The position numbers and the translations under genes are program-made. Shown here piece by piece: positions 54,733-60,290 of a stretch of 60,290 nucleotides of DNA; position 1 is the stretch's first letter, and the number at the start of each line of letters is the position of its first letter. The notes under the pieces are model-generated. The model made no database searches. It saw nothing but the letters and a program-made list of their open reading frames with translations, and was not told where the DNA came from. Source of the stretch: Hydrolagus affinis (Eukaryota); NCBI GenBank assembly GCA_012026655.1, contig JAAILG010001903.1, positions 1-60,290 on the forward strand, in the 5' to 3' direction.

Positions 54733-56824
54733 ACAAAACATTAATCTTAAATTAGTTGAAGATTATTAACATAAATAAATACAGAAAAAGTGAGGGAACT
54801 TTCATAAACAAGTCTCATCAGTTAGTGATTGATTGATATTGCTATTTTTCTTAGCAATTATGGGCCAAGGCGGGCCAAAGAGGGTGAAATTGTATTCAAC
54901 ACCTAGTTTCTATCAATGGCCTATGGAGGAAATTGTGCATGTCAATATAAGGGTATATATTAACAAGCTTCATTGTGATGACCCTTGAGAAAAACAAATG
55001 TCTGCTAAAACTCTCTGCTTAAGCTCACACATAAAGATTGTCAATTGAGTGAGATACCAGGTTTCCATGAACACCCATGGACCTAACCCCCACTCCCTCC
55101 AAGTACAAGGTACTGGAGTTGGGAGGAAAAAAAAGTTACAGAATTCAACAGTACTGTGTACTGATCTTGCACAGTACATTTGGGTAGTGCATTTGTGAAG
55201 AGCAAGACAAAAGCAATTCAGTACTTAGCATACATCATTACTCTGCGTCCCTTCAGAGTAGCTCTGCAGCTGAAAATGTGGAGGTCTATTGTAGCTACAT
55301 TTGCAGCTGTAGAAAAAAAGTACAATAAAATAAGTCAGATTTTTTTCAATGCAGAATCAAAGACCTCTCTAAGCCATTCTTCCAGGCACAGAGGAAGCAA
55401 CAATTGGTTCACTTATTGCCTATTCAGAAAACATGATAATATGAGGTAAGGAAATTAATAAGCTCGACACTTGAGGCAGTCACATTTAAAACAGAAATAC
55501 TGTATCTATTTCGATCTATGGATAACATATTAATCTGCATACAAAAGATTAACATTTCAGTCACAGTCTTTCAGTGAGCTGGAAGAATCTTTATGTTATT
55601 TTACAATAAAACATTTGCCGGTAATCAAATTTGACCTGAATATCCTGCAATTGTAAGAAGCTTCTCCCAACCAAAACAAAAGTGTCTGATCAATTCACAA
55701 TAAGTATACTGGGGACACTTAATACAGAACAAGATGGATTTTGTTCTGCTTCTATAAACTGAGTGGAGTGCATTGCAATGCTTCATTCTAATAAGGTACT
55801 ATATATATATATTTTTATAAAGCAGTTCCTTATTGCAACGCTAGGTAGTGCACAATGCAAGGCTACTGTAATAAGAAATTCTACTGTTAACCAGCAGATG
55901 TCTCCATTGACTGTTAGCAATTCCATACTTTTATTAAAACCTTCAATACAGTATGTACTGCATTATATGTACAGGAAATTATTTTCACTTGATGTCGAAG
56001 AACAATCCATGCTATAGAGATTGCAAATGTTCTGGTTTCTGACTGTTACATTTAAGGAAAAACATGGATTCAAAACCCAGGTTATTAAGCGAAAAATAGG
56101 AACAAGCTAAATTCTACAAAGATACTGGTAAATTTTTTACCAGTAATTTTTTTCAAGTAATTGAATCAATATTATGTGGATGACTGTAATCTTTAAAAGA
56201 AAATAAACAGTTCTAAAATAACATAGCATCTTACACAAAATAATACAAATTAACATAATTCTTTCAATGGTTTCTTTTAATAAGGGGACACCTGCAGACT
56301 TGAATTGAAAGGATCAATTCATGCTCACTGTAAGATAATAGTCACATTCTTCTATAAACAATACAGAAACACAAAACACATCCACAGAAAGGTGATTAAC
56401 ATACAAATACGCCCTTGGATTATTTTGTGAAATGAAGTAAATCAGTTTTCACAACTACTTGTCACTTTTTTAAAAATACATCCATTGACGTGCCTTTCAG
56501 TGGAATCATTAGCAAGAACTCTAAACTAGTGCCAAAACAAATTCATTGAACTTGGTTACAGAATACTATTGATGTTGTTCTATTAAACACGTATTGCTTC
56601 CAAATAACTGAAAGGAAATCTGTATTGGGAAACAAAATATGCCTGCTGCTTCCTATAAACAATATTATGGTTTGGCATCAACCACTCTAAAACTTTTAAC
56701 TCTAAATAGTTACACTTACTTTGGGACCAGGACCTGAACCCAAGTCCTGGCTCAGGCTTTAGTGCAGTAATGGGAATGAGTGGGAGTGGGGCAGGGGCGT
56801 GTTGAAAGCAAGCACTATATTGTT

Positions 56825-57000
56825 TGAAATGCCATTGTTTGGATGAGATGCTAACCCAAATTCCTGTTCAGGTAGATATCAGAGATCCCATAGCATCATT
56901 GAAAGAGTTTCTCTCAGTATTCTGGCCAAGAGTCATCCAAACTAATTGTCAATTTACTTCATGGGTTTTTATGGTCTTTGCTGCATTCAAATTGAATACA
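56825..57000 (+). mobile_element. Degraded Deu-domain SINE fragment
   Basis: ttggatgagatgctaacc...gttcaggtagatatcagagatcccatagca...ttctggccaa resembles the Deu core. Confidence 0.5.
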
Positions 57001-57819
57001 TTGAATAAAAATGTTGACAGCTTTACTATCAAACATTTGATGTGGGACTATGGTCAGATAATAATCGGATTTGCCAATCTTGTCCTATAAGACAACCAAG
57101 AGAAGAAGTGTATATATCAGAGTACTACAATAAATGCACATACAAAGTATTAATTTGTAATTGAGGCACAAGACTCGCACCCCTACATTTGCTTATTGTC
57201 AATTTTTGATCCAAGTAAGTCACTAACTCAGACAGCATTTAACCCAATCTGTTTGGATTAATGATAGTGTCACTGGATTTGCTATGAACGGAGATGCAAC
57301 TCCGACTGCAGATCTTTATTAAATTATCCAGATACGACAAGAACATGACCACTCAACCCCACTCCATTCCATCTAGTGAACAGCAGGATATTCTGCTTCT
57401 TAAGAGTAGAGCACATTTATCTCTTAATACAATGCATTAACCTCAACAAATGCAAGGTAGGCATCTATTCTTGTAACAGAAGACATTAGAAATTGGTTGA
57501 CTTTAAATCACCTTGAAGCTAGCAGAGAAGCACATACTCCAAATGCTATAAATACACATTTATGTGGAAGATAAATACCACAATAAATGGTTTACATATG
57601 GTGTAAATACCACTCTAATATTTTTCCAAACTAGCAGACACAATAAGATCACACTAAAGATTTGTGGATATGGAATGTATTTTTAAGGCAGTAAAAGTAC
57701 TATAAATCACATTCGCTGCATCATCTCTATCTAGGCATAACAATAGCAAGATGCTTCTAAAATGTGCCTGTCATAATAGATTTTGCATTGATGTTGAGTT
57801 GTAGAATTTCAGAATAAAA

Positions 57820-58072
57820 TAACAACAACTGTGATTTATATAGCACCCTCCACGCCGTATGGCGTCTCAGAGCTCTTCACAATAATGGATCCCGGGCCCG
57901 AAAGAAAGGTCCTTAGCCGAGACCTGAAACTAGGAAGAGAGAAGGCGAGGTGAAAGGAGTGAGAGGAAGGGAGTTCCAGAGCTTCGGGGCATAGTGGCTG
58001 AAGGCATGGCCGCCGATGGTGGAGCGGAAGATTTGGGGGACTCGGAGGAGACCAGACCGGAGGAGCGAAATA
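57820..58072 (-). mobile_element. L2-clade LINE 3' end, young (CpG retained)
   Basis: aacaacaactgtgatttatatagcaccctccacgcc...gggagttccagagcttcgggg. Confidence 0.78.
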
Positions 58073-60119
58073 TTCCAGTAAACTTACAGATAAGACCAAG
58101 TGTTAATTCAGATGAGAAAGTAAGTAAAACATTTCATGTAAAAACTCTTAAGAATTGTCATAAATGATGTGCCAAAGCTAGATTTTCAAGTTTACACAAT
58201 CATTGCGAATGCCACGCACCAAGCAGTTGTTGTGTCATCTGTACAAGATACTTTGAAAGAAATAGTACCACAATATTCCAAATACTTAAAAGACAACAAA
58301 TACCCTCTTTATGTAAGAAAGTTGCCATCGCTTACAGGAATATCCTGTGATTGTAAGAAGCTTCGTCACCCTTTTTTGTTCAAAACGTTGCCTCAACTTT
58401 ATAGTTATTATCTTGTGTTTTACAATTTTACTGCACTTTCAGGCGAAGTCCCATAGCTTCAGCGACTCTGTTTTACAGGAAAAGCCTGCAGAATTCTAAA
58501 GTCTAAATTCTTTAACCTTTTAACAGTAAACTTTGCTAAACAAATTCCTTTCTCTTCCCTAGGGCTTGGAAACTAAAACATTTCCTGCTTATCAAAGAAC
58601 AACTTCCCAGTTTTAAAATCAATCTACAGGAAAATTAAGATACAAAATTATTTGACTAACCCAACTGAATTATATATTGCAGAAATAGTTAATCCAATAA
58701 CTATAGCCTACATGGCCATTGCACTTTAAATACTGTAAATTTACTCTTTATTGTGGGCTGGAAGAACGGGCGGAAACACAGAATCAAATTGTTGACATTA
58801 CTAACAGATCTATATTAGTATTACATAGTGCAATATCTGCATGCTAAAAATTATACTGATTTCACTTCATATGCCTTCAATATCATCAAATCTTCTTATT
58901 ATTTTTAACATAGATGATTTTAAAATCAATAACAGTAAGTCAAACAACAACTGGCATTTATAGAGTTCCGCTCACGCAAGGTAGCATCCCAGATCGCTTA
59001 ATTTTGAAAAGTCAATTTTCAAAGCAAACATACTAATCACAGGGGAAAGCGTAACACAGAAGATATTAACATTACTTTATCAATAACAGGGATAAACACC
59101 ACAGTGGTTATCAAGCACAGGATTTTATCTTTACATTTCAGCATTAATGTTACACAGCAATTTCTTAATTTCATATTTTTCATGATTCAAAAAAACTGAG
59201 GTCTCCTGGGATTAATAATGATCCTTGCAGTCTATGTAGCATATTTCACATCTTCTAGACATCGAAATCAGAACAAAATAGAGCAAGACTGGTCTAAAAA
59301 CAGAATAACCAACTATTTCTTGGATGCAGACCCCCATTTTGTACATCCCATATTCAGAGACCTTAATGTAAACTTTGATTTGAGAGTATCCAAATCAACA
59401 TGGGGCCCCAATCAAAGTCCACTGGTTACTTCTCAATTTCTGACCACATCCAAAAAGAATTCAAGATTCGTAGATTAGCGAACACTCAAGAGATTGCAAC
59501 ACCTTGCTGCTAAACCTGACATTTCAGTCATCTTGTTCCTTGCTAGATATGTCTCTAGCTTGATTTTGATCCTAAATATTAAATGGTTGTCTACAATGCC
59601 TAACATTGTGTGCACACACACAGATTAGTTTGGAGGCGAGGAAAAACTCAAAAATAAAAACAAATGTCACAATTGTAGCATGGTTTAAGAAGCAAGCAAC
59701 ACCAGCCCAGAAAATGTTCACAAAGTTGTTTTCTGTCTATAAAAAATGTTGCTAGAATTCATGAACACTTCCTGCTATGTTCTGCATCAGACATATAGTT
59801 AATTGTAAGGGCTAATGCGGGCTAAAATCTGAAAATCTACTGGCTGGGCTTTCTGCAAGAATGTACTGCAAAACAAGATAGTGACATGAAGTTTAGATTA
59901 TTTATAATATTTCTAACTATGTAAATGGAAGCTTTCAGCCACTGCACTAAAATAATGATACAGTATTGATTTGAGGATGCATCATCCTTTTTAGATTTAA
60001 ATACTAAAAGTTACTGCTTCTTGGTTAAAATGTGTTTGCAACTAGACTCAGAATTTACTGCTAGACAAATTCTATAATGAAGCAAAATGACAACAAATTA
60101 AATTGGCTTTTTGTGCAAT

Positions 60120-60290
60120 GACAACAACAACAACAAATTACATTTATAGAGCGCCTTTCACGTCGGGAGGACGTCCCAAGGCGCTGCACAGGGGGAGTGT
60201 GACCCGAGCTGGGAGGGGAGTGTTTGGGCGGGGGTGAAACACGAAGGGGAGGTTGAAGAATTCGGGGTGGAACAAAAGGCACGGTCGAAG
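60120..60290 (-). mobile_element. L2-clade LINE 3' end, runs off the window
   Basis: (aac)n tail, then atttacatttatagagcgcctttcacgtcgggaggacgtcccaaggcgc. Confidence 0.75.

Noticed and set aside
49310-60290. Short beta-type first exon or PDZ exon (e.g. ATGGGACTTCGCCTGAAA near 58454; donors near 56718 and 58086)
   Set aside because: No PDZ or KE-rich coding sequence is present, and the candidates lack a convincing ATG, phase and donor combination.

Overview
AT-rich vertebrate genomic DNA. The repeat content (tRNA-head SINEs with an L2-type tail, Deu-domain and LF-SINE-like elements, CR1 and L2 fragments) suggests a cartilaginous fish, possibly a chimaera; this is inference. The whole window lies inside one spliced gene on the minus strand, unconventional myosin-18A (MYO18A). 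I traced 24 constitutive exons by hand (39139 down to 436). All have GT-AG boundaries and consistent phases, and they encode the SH3-like region, the pseudo-ATPase motor, the IQ motif and the start of the coiled coil. The PDZ (alpha) exon and the 3' end lie outside the window. Upstream, seven phase-0 exons (49286-40716) build a 367-aa alternative N-terminus starting [17 protein letters not shown], which matches the MYO18B N-terminus and probably represents the striated-muscle gamma-type isoform. The most notable points are: (1) the donor expected by homology after [13 protein letters not shown] reads AAG|GGAAGT instead of GT, with an in-frame GT donor 138 nt downstream; (2) one cassette exon needs a GC-AG donor; (3) the 8-kb motor-loop intron holds a cluster of frame-preserving microexon candidates; (4) two inverted, internally palindromic Tigger/pogo-like MITEs tightly flank a 2049-nt phase-0 block of motor exons, a geometry suited to back-splicing; (5) there are muscle-type enhancer motifs. 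I found no prokaryote-style system (CRISPR, operon, intact transposase) and cannot claim a wholly new biological system. Any novelty lies in the splicing and regulatory architecture.
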